Positions 33,285 through 45,315 of a stretch of DNA of 64,000 nt are shown here, piece after piece. A program made the translations under genes and the position numbers. Below the pieces are notes generated by a model. It saw only the letters and a program-made list of their open reading frames with translations. It had not been told where the DNA came from and made no database searches. Source of the stretch: Anthoceros angustus (taxonomy: Eukaryota; Plantae; Anthocerotophyta); the NCBI GenBank assembly GCA_010909165.1, contig VJWM01000116.1:868001-932000 (forward strand). The letters are read 5' to 3'. Position 1 is the stretch's first letter. Each line of letters begins with the position of its first letter.

Positions 33285-35984
33285 TCATAGTGCCAAAGCA
33301 GGAGGGCAAGTACTATCAACCTCAAGCTTCCGCAACGAGCTCAGCACATCGTCCAAGGCCAAGGCCCAGTGGGTCCAGTGAGTGCCCCCCTGCAGGCAAG
33401 AATTGGGTTCGACTGCTCAGGCCATAATCGGGGGCAAATGTGACAGTAACGAGCAATGAAAACGAACCTGACAGAAGACAACAAAGGGTTCCCTCAAGGG
33501 CCCGTCGCACGACAGCTCACTGGTGCTGCCGTCCACAAATGTGCCGTCTGCGAAAACAACCTGGTTTGATTCACCATGCACCAGCATTAGAGTTAGCCCT
33601 GGCTCTCTCCAGCCTGCACATCTCGGAGCCGATGCAGCAATGTATGGCAGCCCTTATTTTCGGGCAAAGGTAAAGGTGGGGAGTTTTAGTGGGTGAGGGA
33701 GTTCTTCCCAAGTCCCACATAACCTGCGATGGTATCTAGGCACGTACTCAGATGACCTCGGGAAGAGTAAAGTCTCTTCCTGTTGGGATGATACGATGTG
33801 TAACATAGGGGAATCAGAACCCTTGCTGAAGATTTCTCCCCCGGGGTTGTTTTGATTTATTTTCAAAATACCAAATTAAAAAAAAAAAAAAAAATCTCAG
33901 AGTGTAGCTGCAGCATACCTCAGACTCGTAACCTGCAGTGGCCCCTGCCATTGGCTGGATGTAGGCACCTACAGGACAACGCTTCTGTACTGCAGCGCAG
34001 AAGGCGAGCAGACGCTGCCGGTTTCCCAGCTCCACTGCCTGCGCAGGTGCAAAGTGCAAGTGCAGGTGAGATGGGTAGGAGCTTGGTGCAGAGTTGGTCC
34101 AGGAAGGAACAACGTTGCAGAAAGCACATCTGCAAAGCTGGTACCTGGATGATATCACGACGTTTCACTCGGGGGGCAGGTTGTACTCTGAAGCCTTCAG
34201 CTGACATCACCTCTGCCACTAGCAAGGAGCTCTGCAAGCGAGGGAGCAAGCATCCGATCTGTCACAACAGATACTACCAGTGCAGCGTGTTTTAGTTTCA
34301 GGGGAAAAAGCTGGTCACCTTGATAGCTTCTCCCACCATCTGAGGAGCAAGGAACAGGCCCTGGAACAAGAGCCGCATCACCTCGCCAGAAGTTGAGCCA
34401 GAGTCCATGCCTATGCCAGGGGCTGAGAGGCGGGCAGCTGCTCCTGCAACCTTCTCAGCCTTGCCTGCTACGTAGCCCCCTGTAGGGGCAATGGTGCCCC
34501 CTGGATTCTTGATAAGGCTGCCAGCCATCAGGTCCGCTCCCTGATATGAGGAGACCGACCATCAGCATCAGAGCATTTGAAACCAGAGCACGGGGAGAGC
34601 AAGGCAACCAGAATAGGAAGGAGGGGACAGCTTTTACCACAGCAGTTGGCTCCAAGGTCTCTATGAACTCGCCATAGCAGTTATCGACAACAACCACACA
34701 GTTGGGATTCTGCGCCTGAAAGAAAGGAAGTGCATCCACGTCTCATGGTTCACACAACATGGACGTATCCGTATCTGATAATCAAATCAGGTAATCAGGT
34801 ACGAGGCGAATCACTACGATGGATAGAGCTCCATGTAAACCTGGCTGCAGTTTCAGGGAGGATATTTAACTCGCCTTGATGATCTCAATGGCACGCTGGA
34901 TCTCTGACACACTCAACGTCTGCCGCCATGAATATCCACAGGATCGCTGAATCAAGGCACACTGCGTCTCAGGCCTCACTCCAACAGAGAGAGCCTCCCA
35001 ATCCAGTCCCCCGTCTGCAGCAAGCTACACCAGTAGGAACTGTTGACACACCCTTTGCCAGGCACAGCAGATAACAACAATGATCGGCAAACAGAGGCAC
35101 ATCCTACCTGGATCTCTCTGTAGGAAACCCCAAACTCTCTCAGCGACCCTTGCCCTGGTGAGCCGCGCAAGCCGATCACTTCCTCCAAAGTGTCATACGG
35201 TGCACCTGCAACTGACAGCAGCTGGAACAGACCATAAAAACCCAATCCAATCCAATCCGGCAGGCAAGCCCATTACAACAAGAGGCAAAACGCAGTGCAG
35301 CCATGTCTACCTCGCCGTCAGGTCGAAGAGCAGCAAAAAGTGCACAGGCAATCGCATGTGTCCCAGAGAAAAACTGCATTCACACAGAAGAAAGCCACCC
35401 GTCAGCGGATACACTTCCTTCCATGATTCAAAGATGGGACGCCGCAGTACTGACCTGAGAACGGACTAGGGCAGCTTCTGCACCGACAACCTCAGCAAAA
35501 GCCCTGTCCAGAGCTTCCCGCCCTCCCGCATCGCTGTGGCCGTACCCTGTGGTGCCTGCAAAATGCTGCACCAGAGCTGGTGATTCAGAAACGCAGCGAA
35601 TCCAAAATCCAGACTCAAAGCAGCCAGAGCAGCACCCTCACATGAGACCCAACGCGCGCATTTGCATAGGCTTTGAGCACTCGGTTGATGTTCATTCCAA
35701 CCATTCCGTCCACAGCTGCGAAATGCGGACCCAGCACGTTCACAGCCTCTGCCACCTGCCCACACCACATTCCCATCGTCACTCCGAATTATCCCATATT
35801 GTGCAGAAAGCGTCCGCTCCACCACCTGCCTTCCTACCTCACTGCAGAAAGGGGACGAGTCCGTGGAGTAACAGCTCCGCAGTGCTCCCGGTCTGAAACC
35901 GCCCCTCCAGCTTTTCACAGCTACCTCCTGATAGGGGAGGAGAGGCTGGAGCTGGAAAGGGAGCAAGATTGCCATCGCCGCCAT
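33285..35984 (-). CDS. PLP-dependent YnbB / aluminium-resistance (methionine gamma-lyase-like) family protein, 12 exons, probable plastid transit peptide
   Basis: Spliced peptide HFAGTTGYGHSDAGGRE, FFSGTHAIACALF, GAPYDTLEEVIG, IQRSCGYSWR, VDNCYGEF.E..EP, GADLMAGSLIKNPGGTIAPTGGY (PLP lysine), ADGTFVDGSTSELSCDGPLREP, GGTHWTH. GT-AG introns plus one GC-AG donor near 34874. Confidence 0.92.
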
Positions 35985-36328
35985 TTTGGCGGTGGGAGGG
36001 GGAAATTATATGACCGTTCTCGGTCTCCTGGAGAGGACATCTCTGCCCTGTAGTAGACAGAAGGCATGGGGAGGAGAGAGCAGGAGCCACGTCACGGCGT
36101 GGCGGGAAACGCATTGCGTGGCGGGAGTTTCTCTCCCGCTCATTGGTTCTTGCCGTGCGTTGGTGTCGGGGAGGGACTGTTGGTTCGCAATCAGAGCACG
36201 ATCCGGCAGCATCTTCGTTGGCCCACGACTTCCTCCGGGCCTCAAGACTCTGTGTCGGGATTCGGCTCGATGAGCTGGGCGATTGCTGGATGAAGGTTCT
36301 CGCTGGCGTGTTCGGCGGAGTGTGGGAG
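35985..36328. promoter_or_regulatory. Putative bidirectional promoter between head-to-head genes
   Basis: Start codons of divergent genes are only ~305-345 bp apart (35984 and 36290/36329). A CCACGTCA/G-box-like element lies near 36087. Confidence 0.5.
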
Positions 36329-38536
36329 ATGGCGGCTGGGCGGAGGAGCCTGGCTGCGCTCAATGTGCGCCTGGCACCATCGCCTACCAAGCTCAAGCTG
36401 GGCTCCGGGAGCGAGGGGGGAGTCCGCAGCTCTGTGACCGCGCTCACGCCTAGCCCCCGGGAGGCCAAGGCGCCGTCATGGGAGCTCGGCGGGAGCTCGG
36501 AGATGGTGCTGCCCGCGCAGCGGTATCAATTGAGCCGCGCGGCCGGGAAGAGGCAGCAGGGGAGCAAGCGGAAGCTGGACTTCGATGCTGTGGCGGGCGG
36601 GCTGCCGGGCATCGTGAAGCGGGAGGTGGTGGAGGAGGAGAAGGAGGAGGAGGAGCCCAAGCCGGGGCCCAGGACTAGGAGGAGGACGCTGCGGGGAGCG
36701 GGCAATGGTGGAGCAGGCGTCGGCGTCCCGGCGCCGGGGAAGGGGTCTCTGCAGCGGGTGGAGGCCGGGGGGAAAAGGAAGAGGTTCACGTCCGTGCCCA
36801 GCTCGGGGCCGGAGCCTGAGGAGGGCCGGGATGGCGCGGGGAAGGTGCGCAGGATTGGGGGGAAGAGCAGAGTCAGGATTGTGAAGGAGGAGGTTGTGGG
36901 GTCCGGGGAGGTGGAGGATGTGAAGCCGGTGCTTGTGGGTGCTGCGGGAGAGCTGGAGGATGTGAAGCCGGTGCTTGTGGGTGCTGCGAGAGAGCTGGAG
37001 GATGTGAAGCCGGTGCTTGTGGGTGCTGCGAGAGAGCCGGTGTTTGCCTCTGATGTGGGTGGTGGAGAAGTTCTGGATTCTTCCTCGTCTTCCAGGCGGG
37101 CGAGAACACGGCCTGCTGCTGCCCCTGTTGCACCCGTGGCTGGCTCAGTTGTCTTGGCAGCAGCGGCGTCGGGTGACGCATCGTGTGTGTCTGTTTACAA
37201 CGGGCCGTATCCGAATTACAGCCGTCCTCTTGCGGAAGAATGCAGGGAAGTGGCTGAGCGTCTGTACAGGATTCACGGATCCCCTCCCGAGTTTGAGCGG
37301 CACCGGCGGCGGAGCCAGGTTACCCCCACAGCTGTCCGGGATGGAACAGAGCCGGAGAGCGATTGCAGAACTGACGGCAGTGAAGTGCTGGCTCTCACGT
37401 ACCATTCTGTGAGTGAGTGTGAAACTGTTGCGTATTGCCTGCAAAGCTGGTGGTGATTGGTTAGTTGGATGGTTGGTTGGTCTTTCCGCTGATGGGGATG
37501 GGGCATTTCTGGCAGGATGGTCAGTCCGGGGTCCTGGATGGCAGCAGCGCGGAGGCAGCTTGCAGTGTCCTGGATGAGCGATTGCGGACGGTGGAGAAGT
37601 TGGAGTACTCTCCTGAAGACAGGCTCGCCCTCTCCTGTGTGTTGAATGACGAGGCCGTTATTGGGATTCCCAGTGTGCAGCGGTCCGTGCTGGACTCCCT
37701 GGTAGGGACAATCCTGTCTCAGAATACAACCGATGCGAACTCGTCGAAAGCTTTTCACAATCTCAAGAAAGTGTTTCCTACGTGGGAAGAGGTAAAGTTA
37801 GGATGCTCTTTTGTCAAGGTTTTCTTTTATGTGTAGTGGGGTTATTTGAGGAACGGGCACCCTGATCGACCCCCTGTCCGAACTACATGCAGGTTCAGCG
37901 AGCAGAACCGGCTGCAGTGGCCGATGCTATCAGGTGTGCAGGTCTAGCCGCCACTAAAGGACAGCGTATCCAGACGATACTCACCACTTTGCTGGAAGAA
38001 CGTGGCAAGATATGCTTGGAGCACCTCCGTCATATGTCCGAGGGAGCAATCAAGGCAGAGCTTGGTCGGTTCAAGGGAGTAGGACCCAAGACGGTGGCCT
38101 GTGTGTTGATGTTCCATCTTCAGCGAGATGAGTTCCCTGTTGACACACATGTAAGTCTTTTCGGTGCTCTTTGGATCATGTTGTGCCAAAGCTTTTTTTT
38201 TGCTCGGATTTAACTGGAATGTTTCTTTTGTCCGAACTGCAGGTTTTCAGGATTTCTAAGATGCTTGGCTGGGTTCCTCCAGAGGCAGACAGGGAAAGGA
38301 CATACCTACATCTGAACGAGCGAATTCCCAACCATCTCAAGTTTGATCTCCATTGTATGTTTGTCACCCATGGGAGAAGCTGCCCACATTGTGCTGCTGG
38401 TGGCAGGCCGCGGAAGAAGACAGAAGGTCCCTGTCCTCTGCTGAATTGGAGTGGCATTTTTCTCTCAAGGAAGAACTCTGCCACTTCCTCTATCGAGGAC
38501 GAAAAAGCAGAAGTGAAATTGATCAAGAGCGACTGA
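36329..38536 (+). CDS. HhH-GPD superfamily DNA glycosylase (At3g47830-like) with long basic/acidic N-terminus, 4 exons
   Basis: Exons 36329-37408, 37516-37791, 37893-38150, 38243-38536 with GT-AG junctions. Motifs SVLDSLVGTILSQNTTD.NS, IRCAGLA..K..RI, FKGVGPKTVACVLMF (HhH), FPVDTHVFRI and HG..C..C..CPL. An alternative start at 36290 is possible. Confidence 0.9.
36911..37040 (+). repeat. 3 x 42-bp coding repeat (EDVKPVLVGAA[G/R]EL)
   Basis: Direct tandem repeat inside exon 1 of the glycosylase. Confidence 0.95.
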
Positions 38537-38619
38537 CTGCTGGAGGTTCTCTAGGATGACTTGTCACCCTTGAATAACCCAGGTCTGTACAGCTTGCCTA
38601 ATCGGGCAATTCCAGGGTT

Positions 38620-38962
38620 GATGCTTGGCTGGGTTCCTACATAGGCAGACAGGGAAAGGACATACCTACATCTGAACGAGCGAATTTCCAACCATCTCAA
38701 GTTTGATCTCCATTGTATGTTTGTCACCCATGGGAGAATCTGCCCACATTGTGGGCCGCGGAAGAAGAAAGAAGGTCCCTGTCGTATGCTGAATTGGAGT
38801 GGCAGTTTTCTCTCAAGGAAGAACTCCTTCCACTTCGTCTATCGAAGACGAAAAAGCAGCAGTGAAATTGATCAAGAGCGACTGACTGCTGGAGGTGCTC
38901 TAGGATGACTTGTCACCCTTGAAGAACCCGACTCTGTACAGCTTGCCTAATCGGGCTATTTC
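38620..38962 (+). pseudogene. Diverged tandem copy of the glycosylase last exon and 3'UTR
   Basis: Matches 38260-38610 with substitutions, a short in-frame deletion, a premature TAG and a frameshift. Confidence 0.85.
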
Positions 38963-39145
38963 GGGTCTTCTATCGGTGGCAATGCCAGCTTTTTTACTAG
39001 TACTTTAGACAACACGGCAATAGAATCGGACCGGAGCATAGGTCTCTAACGCTTGATTGCAGACGAGGAGCATGTAGTCTGGCATGTCATGTGGAGACTC
39101 ATTTTTGGCTGCCAAATGGTACCAGCCGAATAATGCCATAACAGT

Positions 39146-39230
39146 AAAACAGGATCCTACATTACCAAAAACAGGATGCTACATCACCGAAAACAGGATG
39201 CTATATCACTAAAAACAGGATGCTACATGA
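39146..39230. repeat. 4 x ~22-bp tandem repeat (AAAACAGGATGCTACATCACC..)
   Basis: Read directly. It sits at the left edge of an AT-rich block. Confidence 0.85.
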
Positions 39231-40600
39231 CGTTTAAGAATTTGGATAGCCAGGTTGAATTGACCAAGGATCTCTCCGCCTTTCTGGATCTGTGCATATC
39301 AATGCTTTGTATTTTAGGACAAGATCTAAAATGGTATGTCTCTCTTAGAAAACCATGGAAGTTTTCCTAGCAATAGTCTATTTATAAAAATCATGAAAGT
39401 TTTCTCGTAATTTAGCTATCAAAATTGGAGGAATGGAGCTTAGTAGATTAAATATAAAAATTTATTTTATTATATATATCGATAATAATTTATTTATGTC
39501 CTCTAAAGGTGGAGGAACCACCATGGGACAGAACTCGTATAATGTTTTTGGATCCTCTTTTTGTCTGAGCAAATGAACAACCCACTCACATAGACTTGTC
39601 GAAGAAGAAAGAAGTTCTTTTCTTAAGAATTCTTGGTCAAGGAGGTTCTTTTCTTATAGCATATCCCAAATATCTTATAGATGAATCAGCTAAAATTTTG
39701 ACCACAAATGGTTAAACAAATCATATGCATATGGGTTCATGATGTGCTATCAAAAACATTTCGAATGCAACTCCGTATGTTTTCAGCTTAGATATGGTTT
39801 ATCTAAAGGTTTGGATGATAGTAGAAGTAAAGACATATAGTAGATATAGTACTGATCTACAAGAAACTCTCAAAATGGTGCCTTCTAGTTGCAATTTCGA
39901 AAATGACCAAGTTTTTAAAGAAAGAGTTAATAATTTTTTTTAATATATGATAAAAGAGGTTGATTAAATTTTGGTTCACGAATCATATTATGTATAACAT
40001 TGTATACCTCCAATTCATTATAATTTATATATAAAAAATAGGTATACAACTTGTTTCTTTCTATCTAATCTAATTTGATACTTACCTATGCAAGTTCGGC
40101 ATTTAAAATGTATGAGCTGGTGTTCCTTGTTTCAAAATGATTTGTTAAGTTGTTTTTTAAAATAATTAAATTTAAATATAGAAAATTTTATATATTATTT
40201 GGTCCCATTAAATATGCCTTATTTTTCTTTCTATAAATAAACTATATGATAATAATTCATCCAATTAGAAAAATAATTAGAACTAATTTACTGTAAAATT
40301 AGTATCTAGTGGTGAATACAATTCCTTGGTAGAAGAAAATTAAATTTATTTGCATTCTTCAGCACTCATGAAGGTAAATTCATGGCAAAGTAGGATAGGA
40401 TCCAAGAACCCATTTTACTTATTAAATCTTTATAGGTATTATACACTCTTGAAGAAAGTTAAAAAATAAATTAACTCAATTACAAATATATTCTTATATA
40501 TGAGCTGAATGAAGACTTCGGATGATACTTTAGTCTATCTGTATGATTGTAAGCTTTAACTTTAAATTAACTTAGTTCCCGGCTATGTACATAGGTAGGT
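39230..40600. other. AT-rich non-coding block, likely a decayed transposon remnant
   Basis: Sharp drop in GC relative to flanking genes and no ORFs. Termini not identified. Confidence 0.4.
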
Positions 40601-41174
40601 AGTGCAACCTCCATATGTACCTATGTACATATGTACCTAGTTAGAGACGGTATATAAGTCGGTAATTCGCTCCACACGAAGAGGCGCCTACGGACGGGGA
40701 TGTAGACTATGTTCGAACAAGAGGCAAACAGGAATGATTCACCTACAGCTTTTGAATACAACAGCCTGCTCCCGCGCTTGGATGCAGATCTCATGCTTTG
40801 TCCAGGGATGTTGTCCGAAGTTGCGTGCAGAGTCATATCCACGCTGCAATTGAGCTCTGTTTAAGTCTTCTAAGGCGTTTCCAGTGCTTGGTGTCTGAGC
40901 TTCACCGAATTTTGCCTGTACTGAAATGCGCGACACAATCGTCAGGGGTAACAGTTTTGACTATGCTACAGGGACCCTCAAACCTGATACTGCAGGTTGT
41001 AGGCTTGTGGTGATAAGAACGTGCTTGTGTGCCTGAAAGGTTGCAGCAGACAGCAGTCGGCTAGGAGGTGAAGAAACTTGAGCTTTGGTCCTTACGGGCT
41101 TGTGGGAGATCTGATCTTCAGTGCGAGCTCTAGTTTCCTCCTAGCACACATGCGTGCGGCCCCGGCGGGCAGGA

Positions 41175-44100
41175 ATGGACGACTACATGCGAGAGATGAT
41201 GGATCTTAAGTCCCTGGTGACCAAGACTCTTGAAAAGAAGGGAGTCCTTGCGCGCATCAGGGTCCGCTTACTACCGGCCTTGCCTTGATGTGTATTCTCT
41301 TTCAATCGGGATGTCCCTTCGCGCATCTCCTGGGTGTCAGATGCAAGGAGCTAGGGCGTGGAGTCCTGTTTGCTGCATGAGTGTGGTTGGGATGTGTGTT
41401 GTTCATGCTGTCTTCGCAAATGCAGGCAGAATTAAGGGCAAATGTCTTTGCGGCCATTGAGGAGCAAGACAGGGCATCTGAGGGTGAAGATGCGGCATTT
41501 GCGCTGCTGGGAGGCTGCAATGAACGGGCCAAAAAGCTACACAACTCCGCGACAGGTTTTTGCGCTCCCCGTCCAAATCTGGCTTCATAACCCTATGCTC
41601 GCAGCAGGAGAGATTGGTGTAGCGTTTTGTTGCCGTATCTACTTCCTCTGAAGATGGCAGCAACATTGTAGAGGATTTTTGTAGTGGGCTATATTGTGAA
41701 GGATAAAAGCTTGTAGCGTTTCGCATTTGTGTCAACATTGTTCGTCAATTCTATACAGGCAAGCTGCTGAGTTCACTCGTTCTGGAGTATCTGGAATGGT
41801 GTGAGCTGGATCACACAGCCAAAGTATACCTACCCGAGTGCAATTTGGTATTTCCACCGTCGTATGTCCTCTCGTAGACGATTTTGTCTTTTAGCTTTCC
41901 TTTCCGATTGTATGACCCGTTTGATGTGCAGAATGTGCTTTCGTCAGTAGCTCTGCTTACAGTGCATACAGGTTCCCTGGATGTGTAACCCCAGTACCTG
42001 TGTTACCCTCAGTCCAGAGGCTTTTCAAGGTCGGAGCTTGAAGAGAAACTGGGACTGAAGCACGAGGCCGAGGCTAGCAGGGATTCCGACTCTCGTCCTC
42101 TGCTCTTAGAAGTTTTGGAGTCGTTCTTAAAAACTGGGGTAAAAGAGCAAGCATTTCCTGAACCAATCGAAGTAGAAGATGTAGCACTACACCCGCGTTT
42201 TCCCCTGTTTCATCTCCTGCTTATTCTGGATGTGCCTTACTGACCTTTTCATTGATGTTTGAAGCACTAAGCCATAGTATCCCTAAGGCTGGCTGTGTGG
42301 CTCATTGTTTCCTCATAGCAGGTGGCAACTCCATCAAGCTCTAAAGCTGCAAACATGCTGAGGTCAGCAAATCGAGGTGCTGAAAGTACTGCTTTTAATG
42401 AGCCCACCAAGGACTCTGACAAAGCTGCTGGGAGATCATCTGCATCACTACTTGGGAACCTGCCTCCTCTACGAAGACCTGGAGGGTAAACCCAAGCCCC
42501 TTTGCTGGGCGTGCCATCGAATGTGCCAGTTTTGGTGACTTTTTCTTGCTGACCCTGCAAACTGATTGCAGTCTCACACCTATTGGAACAGCTAGGGGGA
42601 ACTCTTCCTCCATTGCCAGTTCCAACTCGTCAGATTCTGGTGCTTCAGGTATTTACCCTACGTAGATACTATTCCCTTTGGATATTATTTCCCACTTGTC
42701 TTCATTGGTCGGGGGTGGATCTACTAAAATCAAGTTCTACAACGAGGCTGTGATCGTCGTGCTGTTGTCTTGTACACCTAGTGGCTTCAAGGGATAGCCT
42801 AGCCTCTTCAGTTGGGAAAAAGGAAGACGGAGTACGCCGTGACGAGGGTCAGCGCAGTGTGCCCAAGACTGCTGAAGGGGGTCGGGTTGGGAAAGAACCT
42901 TCAACCAGCCCTCTAATCCTTAGGTACATCCTAACCCGTAGTCCACATCTTGCAGGCTAAGATGATGGCGTTTGTTCATTTGAAGTCACCTTCTCTTCGT
43001 GATTGATCTTTTGGTAAAACAGGATAATTAAATGTTTCTCTGTGTGATTGAATGATCGGCTCCAGTCAGTCAAAAATTGCAGCTTCCTTGGACACGGTAG
43101 CGATTGATGCCATTGGTCTCGGTAAGTCCCGAGAATTTCCGTCTAGTTGCATGATATTTCCGTATGAATGGCCGGTTCTTTATGTTGGCCGTGTCTGCAC
43201 AGATGATGACACTGCCTCCGAAGACAATGCCAGCAGGCACAGTAACTTGAGTAACCAGCAATTATCGTCAAAACGTAGGGAGGTTTCTGGAGAGTCTGCC
43301 GAAAGTAGGAGCTTGAGCGCATCATCCTCTCTCAGGTATAGCCTTTCTGTTTTCTAGTTTGGACTGCTTCTCGACTCCCTGGTTTGGTCCCCAGGTGCCG
43401 TTAGGGAACACTGTGTTCGTGTATTGTTTGTAACACACTATTCTTGTGTACAGAAAGAAAGGTTCCTCGGCATACTTCTACAGCGATAGTGAGGATGATG
43501 TCTCTCTAGAGTAAGTCGCTCAATATTTGGTGGTATGGAGTGCCCTTATTGAAAGTCTTGGGGTCCAGTCAAAGTCTTAGCTAGTCACTAGAATGTGCAA
43601 TGTTAAAGTGCTTTGTAGCTATGCTGGGTAATGATAGAATAACAAGGTCTTGTTTAATGGGTCCACTGGAACAACCCCAGGTAGGTGTAATAAAGTAAAT
43701 TTTCGGTGACTGACAGTCTGTATGTAGGGGCCTTTGTAGTAATGTGGCATAGCGATAGATTAACAAGGAGGTCTCCTTAAATGAGTTCAGTGAAACAACC
43801 CGATGCGGGTGGAGTTGTAACCTTTTCTGAGACCGTGACATTCTGCATGTGGACTCGGACCGGTTCGTATCACCTTTAACTATTCTAGGATTCACCTTGC
43901 CATTGTATGCTCCTGGACTCATGGTTTTCAAGTTCTCCAGATATTGTTGGCCGTCGAAAATAACGCATTTAATGAAATAGTCAATTCTGTGGCCTGCATG
44001 TATGTCTTGTCTTTGATGTGAGGCCTCTTGTTGGGTACTGTCACTTTTGGATAGTGTATGAGGACCCTCAGCCAGTGAAAACTTTTGACAAAACTGCTGT

Positions 44101-44770
44101 CCTTGTTGGGCTGGACCAGACAAAGAACTAACCTGACCGTCTAAAATGGGATCATCTGTCTTTGGTGATGAACACTCTTGCCTTCCTAGAATGAGTGCGC
44201 ATAAGCGGTTCCAAATTGGCGCACAAGTCAGTGCATCTTGTTTGGCGGTTTCAAAGTTTTGCCTTGAGGAGGTTAATGAAAGCCTGCTTACCTTGCTAAT
44301 CGCAGGGGTGTAGAAGATGGATTGATTGAAGATGATGTTGATGTGCACAGAGAGAATCTCTCATCGACCAAGGTTTGCAACTTATGTATTTGCTGCACTT
44401 CATGATTTCCTGCCTAACCAGTGTCTAAGCTCGCCCAGTGCCTAACACGAAATATGACCCCTAAACGGACACAGTAATTAGCTATCTGGTCCAGTTCTGG
44501 TGAAAAATAGCTGGGTTGCCTGTGTGGAAGTGGAGTGTTGGGTTGCACTCATGAGGTTCGGTCTGGGCTCTTGTGTCGCAGTACTTGATGCTAGCAAGTC
44601 TGTGGGGCATTAACGTGAACTTGGTGGTAAGGAAATTCACCTGTGTTCTGTTATGGTGCAGTAAAGCGGAGTATGGTGGGTGGACTCATGCTTTTATTCC
44701 CGGACCCGAGCGCCAGCAAACGCCAACAGACTTGTCTCCTCGGTCACAGCTTGACGGTCCCGGGCCTTGA
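41175..44770 (+). CDS. TON1: TONNEAU1 / FOP (FGFR1OP)-family LisH protein; 3' exons uncertain
   Basis: MDDYMREMMDLKSLVTKTLEKKGVLARIR|AELRANVFAAIEEQD, LisH LL.SLVLEYLEWCELDHTAKVYLPECNL, PLLLEVLESFL and LGNLPPL. Exons 41175-41261, 41426-41555, 41759-41847, 42013-42138, 42322-42487, then several Ser-rich exons to 43510. The last exon is tentatively 44662-44770. Confidence 0.88.
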
Positions 44771-45315
44771 GAGAGAACGGGGAGGTTCTGAAGACGGTTG
44801 TACAAGATTGCTGGCAGGATTCTCTTCTCAGATAATCTGTCCCCTGCTATCTTACCTTCAGAAGGGCGATTTTGGTTCCCCGGCAGATCCAGCTGGAGAT
44901 GTGACCTGCTTGTCATAGTAAGCTGGCATTGAGGACTTTCAGGCCGTGCGTCCTTTCTAAGTACTGGAGCTGCGCAGGCTGTCTCTCCTTGCTCAGTACC
45001 ACTGCTGAGCTTCTGTCTGAGGTTTGGACAGTCACCATTGAAGGGAGGGGTCAATTATTAGGCAGCAACTGTACCTGCGTCCGTGTCGAACGATCTTGTG
45101 CTCATTGTTGAGGGGTGAAAGGTGAACTTCTTTCGACAATTCACTGTCGCCTCGTGTAATCTATTACTACACATTAAATCCAGTGCTGGTTTGTTTGTTT
45201 GTTTGTTTGTTTAGTTGATGTCTGTGTGGTCGTAGACTCCGAAGCTCTGCTCAGATGAAGTGTCCTGTGGAGGTCCTAGTGAACGTTCGCGGGTCACATC
45301 TCTTTGTAGGAACAG

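Noticed and set aside
43581-44348. 255-aa antisense ORF in the long TON1 intron
   Set aside because: Non-ATG start and no recognisable motif or coding-like composition.
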